Below, piece by piece: positions 15,652 through 24,000 of a stretch of DNA of 24,000 nucleotides (its first letter is position 1; each line of letters opens with the position of its first letter). The stretch comes from Oscillatoriales cyanobacterium RM2_1_1 (GTDB taxonomy: Bacteria; Cyanobacteriota; Cyanobacteriia; Cyanobacteriales; Microcoleaceae): NCBI GenBank assembly GCA_012033335.1, contig JAAURB010000012.1, positions 30,717-54,716 of the forward strand, in the 5' to 3' direction. The position numbers were made by a program, and so were the translations under genes. The notes beneath the pieces were generated by a model. It had not been told where the DNA came from. It was given only the letters and a program-made list of their open reading frames with translations, and did no database searches.

Positions 15652-16677
15652 TCAGGCGGCAGCATCAGGAGCCATTCCGGTGTAACGGAGCAAAGTTCCC
15701 CGCTGGCCCAAAATAAACCCTTTCTCAGGGGAAATAAACTTGATCCGGTTAAAATTACCCGGAACTGCGCCGACATCATCATCCTTTTGCCAGGTTTCAC
15801 CCCCGTCCAGACTACAAATTAGAGTGCCGCTGCCTCCGCTAACCCAGATTTCCTCTGGGGTGCGATAGGCCAAATCTAAAAATCCCCAACTTGAAGCATA
15901 TTCAGGATTAATCGGTGAACTCCAGCCTTCTTCCCCTTCCGGGTCACTAAAGCGAAGTTCCCCTCCCCGGGCAATCATCCAAAGCCGACCATCTTTACCA
16001 AAGCCAATATTTTCTAGTCGCTTGGAACTGTAACGGTTATGGGGTTCCCAGGATTTTTCTCCAGGTTCCCAGGTCGAGTAGAAATTTCCTTTGGCTGAGA
16101 CCGTCACATATCGACCATCAGCCGCCCGAGAAACATTTCGAACTACCCCCACAGCATCTTCTACTAGCGCTTTCCAGGTTTGACCCCCATCTTGTGTGAC
16201 ATAGATCGCGCCAATATCAGTGGCCATCTCGGCTGAATTCTTGTCTAGGGCCACAATAGTGTAGGGAGCCCCAGGTAGCTTTTCACTTAGAACTGTTCGT
16301 GTCCAGGACTTGCCCTGATCGGTTGTATGCAAAAGAGTGGCTGGTTCACCTACAACCCAGCCCTCTGAACCCCGGAAACTGACGGAGTTGAATCGGACTT
16401 TTTCTTCCCCTAGATCTAAAACCTTGGCTTCCCAGGTTTTGCCTCCATCGGTTGTCTCCAGCAGAGTTGCCTCACTGCCAACAATCCAACCATGGTCAGA
16501 ATTCTCGATGAAGGCAACATCCAGGAGATTTCCAGTGGTTGCAACCGGGGTGAATTCCCAGGGATTGTAGGCCAGATCCGGCAAAAACTGACAACTGGTA
16601 CAGAGCAAAATCGCTATAAGGGCGATCGCTCCTTTTCTCAAAAACTGCATACTAAAAAACCGCATAAAATCTACCAT
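15652..16677 (-). CDS. ycf48: Photosystem II assembly factor Ycf48/HCF136 (beta-propeller lipoprotein)
   Basis: Repeated GG.TW propeller motifs (TTDGGKTWE, TTDQGKSWT, TQDGGQTWK, SLDGGETWQ) and an N-terminal signal or lipobox-like LLCTSC. It sits in the rubA-ycf48-psbEFLJ order I recall as typical of cyanobacteria. The start could be 16677, 16665 or 16650. Confidence 0.95.
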   Translation of the reverse strand: MVDFMRFFSMQFLRKGAIALIAILLCTSCQFLPDLAYNPWEFTPVATTGNLLDVAFIENSDHGWIVGSEATLLETTDGGKTWEAKVLDLGEEKVRFNSVSFRGSEGWVVGEPATLLHTTDQGKSWTRTVLSEKLPGAPYTIVALDKNSAEMATDIGAIYVTQDGGQTWKALVEDAVGVVRNVSRAADGRYVTVSAKGNFYSTWEPGEKSWEPHNRYSSKRLENIGFGKDGRLWMIARGGELRFSDPEGEEGWSSPINPEYASSWGFLDLAYRTPEEIWVSGGSGTLICSLDGGETWQKDDDVGAVPGNFNRIKFISPEKGFILGQRGTLLRYTGMAPDAAA

Positions 16678-16781
16678 TTCAACTTCATATACTCTTTTTC
16701 CGACTGTCCCCGAACTTCTAACCTACTTAAGACCATACAAGCTCATGAAGAATAGGAATCCCAAAGCTAGGCCACCAAAGA

Positions 16782-17066
16782 TCAATATACTCTTTGCTGG
16801 GCAGTCAAAGTATTTACCCCAAGTCCGTAGCCCAAATTCTCCTGAAACCCGGAAGGGCCTTCCTCAGAACCGAGGTTGGCAAACTGATTTTTAGGGGAAC
16901 CGCAGACCGGACAACGCCATTTTCCTGGAAGTTCCTCAAAGCTAGTCCCTGCCGGAATATTTCCCGTAGAGCTTCCCTTCTTGGGCTCATAAACATAGCC
17001 ACAAACCTTGCATTCATGCCGATCCAGTGCCTTCGTTTCAGTAGCGGATTCACTCATAAGATTCAC
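16782..17066 (-). CDS. rubA: Rubredoxin RubA, truncated as written; the C-terminal membrane anchor is encoded out of frame at 16723-16797
   Basis: Two CxxC pairs (CKVCGYVYEP and CPVCGSPK) plus the GFQENLGYGLGVNTLT linker. The ORF stops at 16782, just before the expected TM helix. Confidence 0.9.
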   Translation of the reverse strand: MNLMSESATETKALDRHECKVCGYVYEPKKGSSTGNIPAGTSFEELPGKWRCPVCGSPKNQFANLGSEEGPSGFQENLGYGLGVNTLTAQQRVY

Positions 17067-17297
17067 TCATAATAATTTGAGAATTGTTTGAGAGTCATAA
17101 TTTCAAGACATACCTTCTCAGCCACAACATTCCCCAGCCGAACCTTAAGGGCTTCATTAAACAATATTACAGAATCTCAGTGTCTTGATCAATGAAGCCA
17201 ACTTAATAGACTCAGGCGATCGCCCCTGGCCATTTTAATCAAATTTCTTCTGAGCAAATTCCTGCTATTGCCTCGGACTGAGATTGCCCAACCCCTA

Positions 17298-17303
17298 TAT
17301 AAT
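17298..17303 (+). promoter_or_regulatory. Consensus -10 hexamer TATAAT upstream of ndhC
   Basis: tataat at 17298-17303, 41 nt upstream of the ndhC ATG. No convincing -35 was found. Confidence 0.3.
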
Positions 17304-17343
17304 GTTAAGGACAGTTACAAGATGAAAAATCTCCTATCTTGCC

Positions 17344-17706
17344 ATGTTTGTTTTAACTGGCTACGAATATTTCCTGGGTTTCCTGCTGATTTGTAGCCTG
17401 GTTCCCCTGTTAGCGCTTGGCGCTTCCAAGGTGGTACGGCCTCAGAGTAGTGTAGGGTCTCGGACAACGACCTACGAGTCGGGCTGCGAACCGATTGGGG
17501 GAGCCTGGATTCAGTTCAATATTCGATACTATATGTTTGCCCTAGTGTTTGTAATTTTTGATGTAGAGACCGTGTTTCTATATCCCTGGGCGGTTGCATT
17601 TCATCAACTTGGACTTCTAGCGTTTATAGAGGCGTTAGTTTTTATTACCATCCTGGTCATTGCCCTAGTCTATGCCTGGCGAAAAGGTGCATTGGAATGG
17701 TCTTAG
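17344..17706 (+). CDS. ndhC: NAD(P)H-quinone oxidoreductase (NDH-1) subunit 3 / NdhC
   Basis: 120 aa. [40 protein letters not shown] is canonical NdhC/NuoA. Confidence 0.95.
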   Translation: MFVLTGYEYFLGFLLICSLVPLLALGASKVVRPQSSVGSRTTTYESGCEPIGGAWIQFNIRYYMFALVFVIFDVETVFLYPWAVAFHQLGLLAFIEALVFITILVIALVYAWRKGALEWS

Positions 17707-17763
17707 ATGAGAATTCTGAGCTGAGAATTGACGGCCAACTTTCACAATTAAGTTTTTAGTATT

Positions 17764-18531
17764 ATGACAGCCCAAAAATTTTCTTCGGAAGCCCTGACAA
17801 TTTCAAATCCGATTGAGCGCCCGGATGTGACCCAGTCTCTTTCAGAGAACGTAATTCTGACCACCGTTGATGATCTTTACAACTGGTCACGATTGTCGAG
17901 TTTATGGCCACTCTTGTATGGTACTGCCTGCTGCTTTATTGAGTTTGCTGGACTGATTGGCTCCCGGTTTGATTTTGACCGTTTTGGTCTGGTTCCCCGT
18001 TCTAGTCCCCGGCAGGCTGATTTGATTATCACGGCGGGTACGATCACGATGAAGTATGCTCCCGTGTTGGTTCGGCTCTATGAACAAATGCCTGAACCTA
18101 AGTATGTTATTGCCATGGGAGCCTGCACGATTACCGGGGGAATGTTTAGCATGGATTCCCCAACAGCGGTTCGAGGAGTAGACAAGCTGATTCCCGTGGA
18201 TGTCTATATCCCTGGATGTCCACCTCGTCCTGAAGCGATCATCGACGCGATCATCAAGCTGCGGAAAAAAATCTCCAATGACTCCCTGCAAGAACGGGGA
18301 AACCTGAAGCAGACCCATCGCTATTACACTCGTTCCCATGGTTTGAGACCCGTTGATCCTATCCTGACGGGCCAATACCTGCAATCTGCCACTCGGCAAG
18401 CACCGCCTCAATCCTTAGCTAAGGCGATGGGAATGCCTGTACCTGCGATCTTGACTGAACAAACTGCCAAGCCAGAGACGATCCCATCCAATATTGTTAA
18501 ACCTCAGCTAGAGGAATCATCAAATGACTGA
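17764..18531 (+). CDS. ndhK: NDH-1 subunit K / NdhK (NuoB homologue)
   Basis: [16 protein letters not shown]...[11 protein letters not shown]...[10 protein letters not shown], the Fe-S cluster N2 Cys motifs. Confidence 0.95.
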   Translation: MTAQKFSSEALTISNPIERPDVTQSLSENVILTTVDDLYNWSRLSSLWPLLYGTACCFIEFAGLIGSRFDFDRFGLVPRSSPRQADLIITAGTITMKYAPVLVRLYEQMPEPKYVIAMGACTITGGMFSMDSPTAVRGVDKLIPVDVYIPGCPPRPEAIIDAIIKLRKKISNDSLQERGNLKQTHRYYTRSHGLRPVDPILTGQYLQSATRQAPPQSLAKAMGMPVPAILTEQTAKPETIPSNIVKPQLEESSND

Positions 18532-19036
18532 GACTGATGAGTCGATGACTGCTGTTGTTGAGCCTGGGCTTACCTCTCAATGGTTAACCCAAAATGGGTT
18601 TGACCATGAATTCCTGGAAAAGAATCACTCTGGAGTCGAGGTGATCAAAGTTGACCGGAATTATCTGATTCCTCTGTCTACGGCCCTGTATGCTTACGGC
18701 TTCAATTGCCTGCGGTGTCAATGTGCCTATGATAATGGCCCGGGAGGAGATTTAATCAGTGTTTATCATTTGGTTAAGATTAATGATGACGTGGAACAAC
18801 CTGAGGAAATCTGCGTCAAGGTTTTCGTCACTCGGGACGATCCCAAGGTGCCATCGGTTTACTGGATCTGGAAAAGTGCAGACTTTCAAGAAAGAGAGTC
18901 CTATGATATGTATGGGATTATCTATGAAGGTCATCCCAACTTGAAACGGATTCTGATGCCAGAAGATTGGGTGGGTTGGCCCTTGCGTAAGGACTATATT
19001 TCACCTGACTTTCATGAGCTACAGGATGCCTATTAA
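18524..19036 (+). CDS. ndhJ: NDH-1 subunit J / NdhJ (NuoC homologue)
   Basis: [43 protein letters not shown] is canonical. It overlaps ndhK by 8 nt. Confidence 0.95.
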   Translation: MTETDESMTAVVEPGLTSQWLTQNGFDHEFLEKNHSGVEVIKVDRNYLIPLSTALYAYGFNCLRCQCAYDNGPGGDLISVYHLVKINDDVEQPEEICVKVFVTRDDPKVPSVYWIWKSADFQERESYDMYGIIYEGHPNLKRILMPEDWVGWPLRKDYISPDFHELQDAY

Positions 19037-19315
19037 GTGTTGGGCAGTTTCCATCCCTTCTCTGGTTTCTAAGTTTTAGTTGCTTTTTGATTCGGAGATT
19101 GGGGCTTGGATCAAAACTAATCTGCTGATCAGATTGCCAGAACTCTGGGAAGTTTGATATAGTTGCCTACGAATTAGATAAAGTCTTTAGCTTGTTCAGG
19201 CTTGGCTTGCATTGTGTAAAATGAATCAGTGCGTCTGTACGGTATTAGTAGGCACTTCGTCCCTAGTCCAAGCAGAGTTATTTTTTGCACACTACTTTGG
19301 TGGAGGAGTTAAATC

Positions 19316-20707
19316 GTGACTACGACAATAGCAGGATCAGTATTTCAAGATTTTAATGCGAATGGCATTGTTGATGCTGGAGAGGGGTTGCCTAACGTTA
19401 CCGTTTTCCTAGATGAAAATGGTGATGGTTTGCCCTCTGGGGTTGAGCAGATTACCTTGACTGATGCTAATGGATTTGGGGCTTTTGACTTTAACGGTCT
19501 TCCAGCAGGTACCTTTGGCCTGAATATCGTAACCCCCCCAGGATTCACTCAGTCGGCTCTCCTTCCTCAATCTTTTACGATTGATGGGGTTGCTGATGGT
19601 ATTCCGGCTCTGTTTAATGTTCCCATTGTTTCATCAGGGATTCCTCCCATTGCTCCCCCTCCCAATATTTTCTTGACCGGAAACGTTCAAGGGGTGGCAT
19701 TTGTTGATAATAATGCGGATGGAGTTTACGACCCAACCACTGAGCCTACCCTTCCAGGAGTAACAGTTGGCCTGGATCTGAACAATGATGGAGAAATCAG
19801 TGGCAGTGAGCCAACTGACATAACCAATGAAGCTGGTTTCTATGCAATCCAGCAAGTTTTCCCGTCGGAATTCATTAAGCAGGTACTCAATCCTAGTGGT
19901 TTTGACTCAACCACTGACAACCCTCAGGTTATCGGCGTAACGGCTGGTGTGACAACCTTCAGCCCAGAGGGTTTGGTGATTCCGGATAGCGTTTACGGAT
20001 TTGTCATTGAGGATCTAAACGGCAACGGTTTCCCTGACCCCAATGAGCCTGGGATTGAGGGTATAGAAGTTCTGCTAGATGATGGCAGTTCCACCACAAC
20101 AGATAGCGATGGTTTCTATGTCTTTGATGGTCTAGACACGGAAGTTGGTGGTGGGAACGATCCTCAGAATCCTTTCGACCAATTTGTCAATGACAATCCT
20201 GGGGATTTTGATGAGCTGTTTAGTGGATTCACTGTCGAGGTTAGTCCTTCAACAGATGCGTTCCTGATCACGTCTCCTGTTCCTCCGGCTGTTGATACTC
20301 CTGGAGTATTTGGTGTTGGGATTGGCCCTGGTGAGAGTGCTCAGGTTAACTTTACTCTGGTACTCGCACCTCCTGGGGGCATTGGTCTGATTCCTAACTC
20401 CATCGGTGGCCTCGTGTTTGAGGACTTTAATGCCAATGGATTCCTAGATTTTGATCCGATTACTGGGGCTGGAGACAATCCAATCTCAGGGGCTGAGCTG
20501 TTCCTGGATCTGGATTTTGATGGTGAGAAAGGGGATGACGAACCCGTAACCACTACAGATTCCTTCGGCAATTTTGTCTTCTTCAATGTTCCTCCTAGTT
20601 TGGTTGATCCTATAACTGGAGTTGCCATTGATCCCTATGTGGTTCGGGCTGAAGCACCTGATGATGCTGAAAACCTGACTACTCCGTTCCTTCAATCACG
20701 TTATTGA
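19316..20707 (+). CDS. Hyperacidic protein of four SdrD-B/Cna-B-like repeats, no N-terminal signal peptide. The reading frame probably continues to 20841 after a 1-nt frame lesion
   Basis: The motif G.VF.D.N.NG..D..E.G...V.V.L...DG... recurs four times. GTG start, with GGAGG about 8 nt upstream. Confidence 0.8.
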   Translation: MTTTIAGSVFQDFNANGIVDAGEGLPNVTVFLDENGDGLPSGVEQITLTDANGFGAFDFNGLPAGTFGLNIVTPPGFTQSALLPQSFTIDGVADGIPALFNVPIVSSGIPPIAPPPNIFLTGNVQGVAFVDNNADGVYDPTTEPTLPGVTVGLDLNNDGEISGSEPTDITNEAGFYAIQQVFPSEFIKQVLNPSGFDSTTDNPQVIGVTAGVTTFSPEGLVIPDSVYGFVIEDLNGNGFPDPNEPGIEGIEVLLDDGSSTTTDSDGFYVFDGLDTEVGGGNDPQNPFDQFVNDNPGDFDELFSGFTVEVSPSTDAFLITSPVPPAVDTPGVFGVGIGPGESAQVNFTLVLAPPGGIGLIPNSIGGLVFEDFNANGFLDFDPITGAGDNPISGAELFLDLDFDGEKGDDEPVTTTDSFGNFVFFNVPPSLVDPITGVAIDPYVVRAEAPDDAENLTTPFLQSRY

Positions 20708-20895
20708 ACGGTCAGGCTTCCCTTGTTGCAGTGGGCTTCTCCGATCTGACTCCTTTCCCTCCTTCTAACCCCTTTGCTCAGGCTGATGGTGGTATTGATG
20801 GAGATGCATTGGTTCCTGTGTTCTCTACCCCTGTGGTGTAATTTCTGGCTCCGTTGCTTAACGTTTAAGCATTAGTCAAGCCATTAAGTCTAGAG

Positions 20896-20953
20896 AAAAA
20901 GTCACCATAGACGGGTTCTAACTCTGAGAGTTTCCCGGAAGTGGTGACTTTTT
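20896..20953 (+). terminator. Long-stem terminator-like hairpin with a U-tract downstream of the SdrD-like gene
   Basis: aaaaagtcacc (20896-20906) pairs with ggtgacttttt (20943-20953). There is an inner cggg/cccg pairing, and the T-run merges into the stem. Confidence 0.5.
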
Positions 20954-21099
20954 AGTTCGAGAACCGGGGCTTTGAACCTCTCAGCCATCAGGCAAAGATT
21001 TATTGCGATTTGGTATTCCAAGATTCAGAATTGCTGATCTGGGGCAGCTATCTTCTTTAAGATAGGATTAAGCTTTTTCAACTTCAGAGTAATTATTGT

Positions 21100-22365
21100 T
21101 TGTCTCTACAACTTTCCCACCGCCAATTTCCTGCAAGTATTCTGCATTTAGATAATGGCCTAACTGTAATTCATCAAGAGGTTTCGGCTACTCCGGTTGT
21201 GGTGGTTGATGTTTGGGTGCGGGCGGGATCGATTGTAGAACCCGAATCCTGGTCAGGGATGGCTCACTTTCTAGAGCATATGATTTTTAAAGGAACTGAC
21301 CAAATTGCCCCAGGGGTCTTTGACCAATTGATTGAATGTCAGGGAGGTATGACTAATGCGGCTACCAGTCACGATTATGCCCATTTCTACATCACTACAA
21401 CCCTGCCCTATACGGACACAGCCTTTGCCCTCCTCAGCCAGATCCTACTGAATCCAAAAATCCCCGACGAGGAATTTTATCGGGAGCGGGAGGTTGTCCT
21501 AGAGGAACTGCGTCAAGCTAATGATAATCCGGACTGGGTTGAGTTTACGGCGTTGATGGAGGCAGTTTATGGTCTGGATCATCCCTATGGTCGCCCAGTT
21601 TTAGGAACAGACCAACACCTCAATCAACAGTCCCCCGAGAAAATGCGCTATTTTCATCGCTGTCACTATCAGCCTCAGAATATGGCAGTGGTGATCGTGG
21701 GGGGAATTAGCCAACAGCAGGCTATGGGCTTGACTGAGCAGGCTTTTGCAACCTTTCCATGTCCAGAAGCATATCCAGTTCTTGCCGTTCCCCTCTCAAG
21801 GCCCCAGGGTGTGCGTCGCCAACAACTCACCCTCCCTACCGTTGAACAAACCCGGCTCACCCTGGCCTGGGTTGGGCCAGGAGCGGAACAGATCCAGGAA
21901 GCCTGGGGCCTGGATTTATTGTCTGCCCTTCTGGCTGAGGGTAAAACCTCTCATTTGTTCAGGTTGCTGCGGGAGGAACTCCAGCTTGTCTATGATTTGT
22001 CCAGCCAGTTCTCCCTCCAGCAAGGGTCTAGCATTTTGACGATTAGTGCTTACTTAGAGGCCCAAGATTTAGAACGGGTAGAAGCATTAATCCGGAATCA
22101 TATTCAGGAATTGCAAGTTCGACCCATCTCTGAACCTGAATTATTGCGGGGACAACGACTGCTCTGTAATGATTACGCCTTTTCGACGGAGACCCCAATT
22201 GAATTGGCGGGTCTATACGGATATTATTTTGCCATAGCCAAACCGGAGTTGTCCGTGGCCTATCCTGACCAGATTCGCTCGGTTCAATCGTCCCAGTTGC
22301 AATCTCTGGCCCAACACTATCTCTGCCTGGATCACTATGCAGCGGTGGTCGTCAAGCCTCGATGA
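21100..22365 (+). CDS. M16 (pitrilysin) family zinc peptidase
   Basis: Inverted zinc motif HxxEH in MAHFLEHMIFKGT, with the downstream REREVVLEE glutamate region. TTG start at 21100. Confidence 0.9.
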   Translation: MSLQLSHRQFPASILHLDNGLTVIHQEVSATPVVVVDVWVRAGSIVEPESWSGMAHFLEHMIFKGTDQIAPGVFDQLIECQGGMTNAATSHDYAHFYITTTLPYTDTAFALLSQILLNPKIPDEEFYREREVVLEELRQANDNPDWVEFTALMEAVYGLDHPYGRPVLGTDQHLNQQSPEKMRYFHRCHYQPQNMAVVIVGGISQQQAMGLTEQAFATFPCPEAYPVLAVPLSRPQGVRRQQLTLPTVEQTRLTLAWVGPGAEQIQEAWGLDLLSALLAEGKTSHLFRLLREELQLVYDLSSQFSLQQGSSILTISAYLEAQDLERVEALIRNHIQELQVRPISEPELLRGQRLLCNDYAFSTETPIELAGLYGYYFAIAKPELSVAYPDQIRSVQSSQLQSLAQHYLCLDHYAAVVVKPR

Positions 22366-22415
22366 ATTGGGCTAGCCCGGCTTAGATCTGAGTAAATCCG
22401 AGGTCACAGGATCAA

Positions 22416-22539
22416 CTAAGTAGCTTGAGGTAATTAATTAAAAGATTGATGGGGGGATGCAGGGGGCAGTGTCCTTCCTAGGGAGAAGCCCCAGACCCCC
22501 TTCCATTAAATTAAATAATTACTTACAACCACTGACTTA
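22416..22539. mobile_element. MITE-like palindromic repeat element, copy B (diverged copy of 14474-14595)
   Basis: Shares collinear blocks with copy A: taagtagcttga, aattaatta, acccccttccatt and ttacaaccac. Imperfect terminal inverted repeat. Confidence 0.6.
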
Positions 22540-22620
22540 TAGAGCTAGATGACATTTCCCCTAAAAGGTTGTTAGAATTATAGTGAAATTCACCAATATT
22601 CAGACAGGCTCTACACTTCT

Positions 22621-24000
22621 ATGAAGATTGCGATCGCCCAACTCAATCCCACTGTCGGCGACCTAGTTGGAAATTCAGAACTGATTCTAAAAGCGGCTCA
22701 GGGCGCAGTGGAGGCAGATTGTCAGTTGATGCTGACCACCGAGCTAGCCCTGATCGGCTATCCACCTCGGGATTTGTTGAGTTATCTCAGTTTTATAGAA
22801 GCTACCGCCATTCAACTGCATCAGCTTGCCCAACAACTTCCCTGTGATTTAGCTGTCTTGGTCGGGGTAATTCAACCCAACTCCAAGGCCGCCATCCAAC
22901 AGGGGGAAAAGTCCTTGTTTAATAGTGCAGCCTTGGTGCAACAGGGGCAGGTTCAGGGGTTTTTTCAAAAGCGGCTGTTGCCCACCTATGATGTTTTTGA
23001 TGAGGATCGCTACTTTGAACCCGGCAAAACCCGTAATGATTTCAGCCTGAAATTAGCATCGGGTTTCAAGGTCAAAGTCGGGGTAACAATCTGTGAAGAT
23101 CTCTGGAATGATGAAGCCTTTTGGGGCAAGCGCCGCTACCCCTGCAATCCTCTACAAGATTTATCCGACCAGGAGGTGAATTTGATTGTCAATCTCTCCG
23201 CTTCTCCCTATCAGGTGAATAAACAAAAGCTCCGCCAACAAATGCTCACCAGTAGCGCTAGACGCTATCAATTGCCAATCCTCTACAGCAATCAGGTGGG
23301 GGGAAATGATGATTTGATTTTTGACGGAGGTAGCCTGGGAATCAATCGAGCCGGGAATGTGATTACGGCTCTGCAAGCCTTTGCCCCGGATTTTGCTGTA
23401 ATTGAGTGGGACGAAGTGGATCAGGATTTAAAACCTATCGATGCTGAAATCAGTCCGGATATCAGTTTCCCTCCCCATCGATCTACACCAGAGAGCGAAG
23501 ATCATGAAATCTGGCTGGCCCTGGTATTGGGGGTACAGGATTATGTCCGCAAATGCGGATTTTCTCGAGTGATTTTGGGGCTGAGTGGGGGGGTAGATTC
23601 ATCATTTGTAGCGGCTATTGCCGCCGCCGCCATTGGTGCAGAAAATGTTCTGGGAATTCTCATGCCCTCGCCCTACAGCTCTGATCATTCCATTAAAGAT
23701 GCCCAGGACTTAGCGAATAATCTTGGAATTCAAACCCAGATTTTATCCATTGGGGACTCTATGGACACCTTCGAGCAAACTTTACTACCCCTATTTGCGG
23801 GGACGGAATCCGGAGTCGCCGAAGAAAATATCCAATCTCGAATTCGGGGCACCTTGCTGATGGCGATCTCTAATAAGTTTGGCCATTTGTTGCTCTCCAC
23901 TGGAAACAAATCGGAAATGGCCGTGGGATACTGTACCCTCTATGGGGACATGAATGGCGGATTGGCGGTGATCGCTGATGTCCCGAAAACCCGGGTCTAT
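22621..24000 (+). CDS. nadE: Glutamine-dependent NAD+ synthetase (N-terminal CN-hydrolase domain plus NAD synthase domain), 3' end outside the window
   Basis: MKIAIAQLNPTVGDLVGN start and an in-frame SGGVDSS P-loop at about 23584. It continues to STGNKSEMAVGYCTLYGDM. Open to the window end, which is why it is absent from the ORF track. Confidence 0.9.
   Translation, partial: MKIAIAQLNPTVGDLVGNSELILKAAQGAVEADCQLMLTTELALIGYPPRDLLSYLSFIEATAIQLHQLAQQLPCDLAVLVGVIQPNSKAAIQQGEKSLFNSAALVQQGQVQGFFQKRLLPTYDVFDEDRYFEPGKTRNDFSLKLASGFKVKVGVTICEDLWNDEAFWGKRRYPCNPLQDLSDQEVNLIVNLSASPYQVNKQKLRQQMLTSSARRYQLPILYSNQVGGNDDLIFDGGSLGINRAGNVITALQAFAPDFAVIEWDEVDQDLKPIDAEISPDISFPPHRSTPESEDHEIWLALVLGVQDYVRKCGFSRVILGLSGGVDSSFVAAIAAAAIGAENVLGILMPSPYSSDHSIKDAQDLANNLGIQTQILSIGDSMDTFEQTLLPLFAGTESGVAEENIQSRIRGTLLMAISNKFGHLLLSTGNKSEMAVGYCTLYGDMNGGLAVIADVPKTRVY

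Noticed and set aside
17902-18411. 169-aa minus-strand ORF inside ndhK
   Set aside because: It is antisense to an unambiguous ndhK, with Arg/Gly-rich low-information sequence. It is a shadow ORF.
1-24000. tRNA, rRNA or tmRNA genes
   Set aside because: I scanned for T-loop-like GGTTCGAATCC/GGTTCAAATCC motifs and their complements and found none outside coding sequence. No rRNA-like conserved stretches were seen.

Overview
This is a cyanobacterial core-chromosome window. It carries PSII, NDH-1, ATP synthase, CP12 and Ycf48 genes, and I found at least 14 copies of the HIP1 octamer GCGATCGC by eye. Gene order: atpD (3' end) and atpC (+); ftsI and an FtsL-like ORF (-); RidA-family (+); a 94-aa hypothetical (+); tyrA (-); chorismate-lyase-like (+); a membrane protein, NIL-ferredoxin, a second membrane protein and cp12 (all -); an orphan HerA-like ATPase (+); radical SAM, SemiSWEET, psbJ-L-F-E, ycf48 and rubA (all -); ndhC-K-J (+); a hyperacidic SdrD-B-like repeat protein (+); an M16 peptidase (+); nadE (+, runs off the window). 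I saw no tRNA, rRNA, CRISPR array, transposase, or convincing defence or biosynthetic island. Main second-look items: (1) Three conserved genes (ftsI, rubA, the SdrD-like gene) are each interrupted by what looks like a single missing base. This suggests indel errors in the assembly, or less likely real lesions. (2) A ~122-bp MITE-like palindromic element sits inside the psbL-psbJ spacer, with a second copy upstream of nadE. (3) A bitopic coiled-coil ORF directly upstream of ftsI is a candidate divergent FtsL. (4) A HerA-like ATPase has no partner gene and follows a ~760-bp ORF-free leader. (5) Several intergenic arrays of 13-18-bp tandem repeats occur. (6) A leaderless protein of four SdrD-B-like repeats has almost no basic residues. 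All functional calls rest on my reading of the supplied translations and motifs; no database search was possible.
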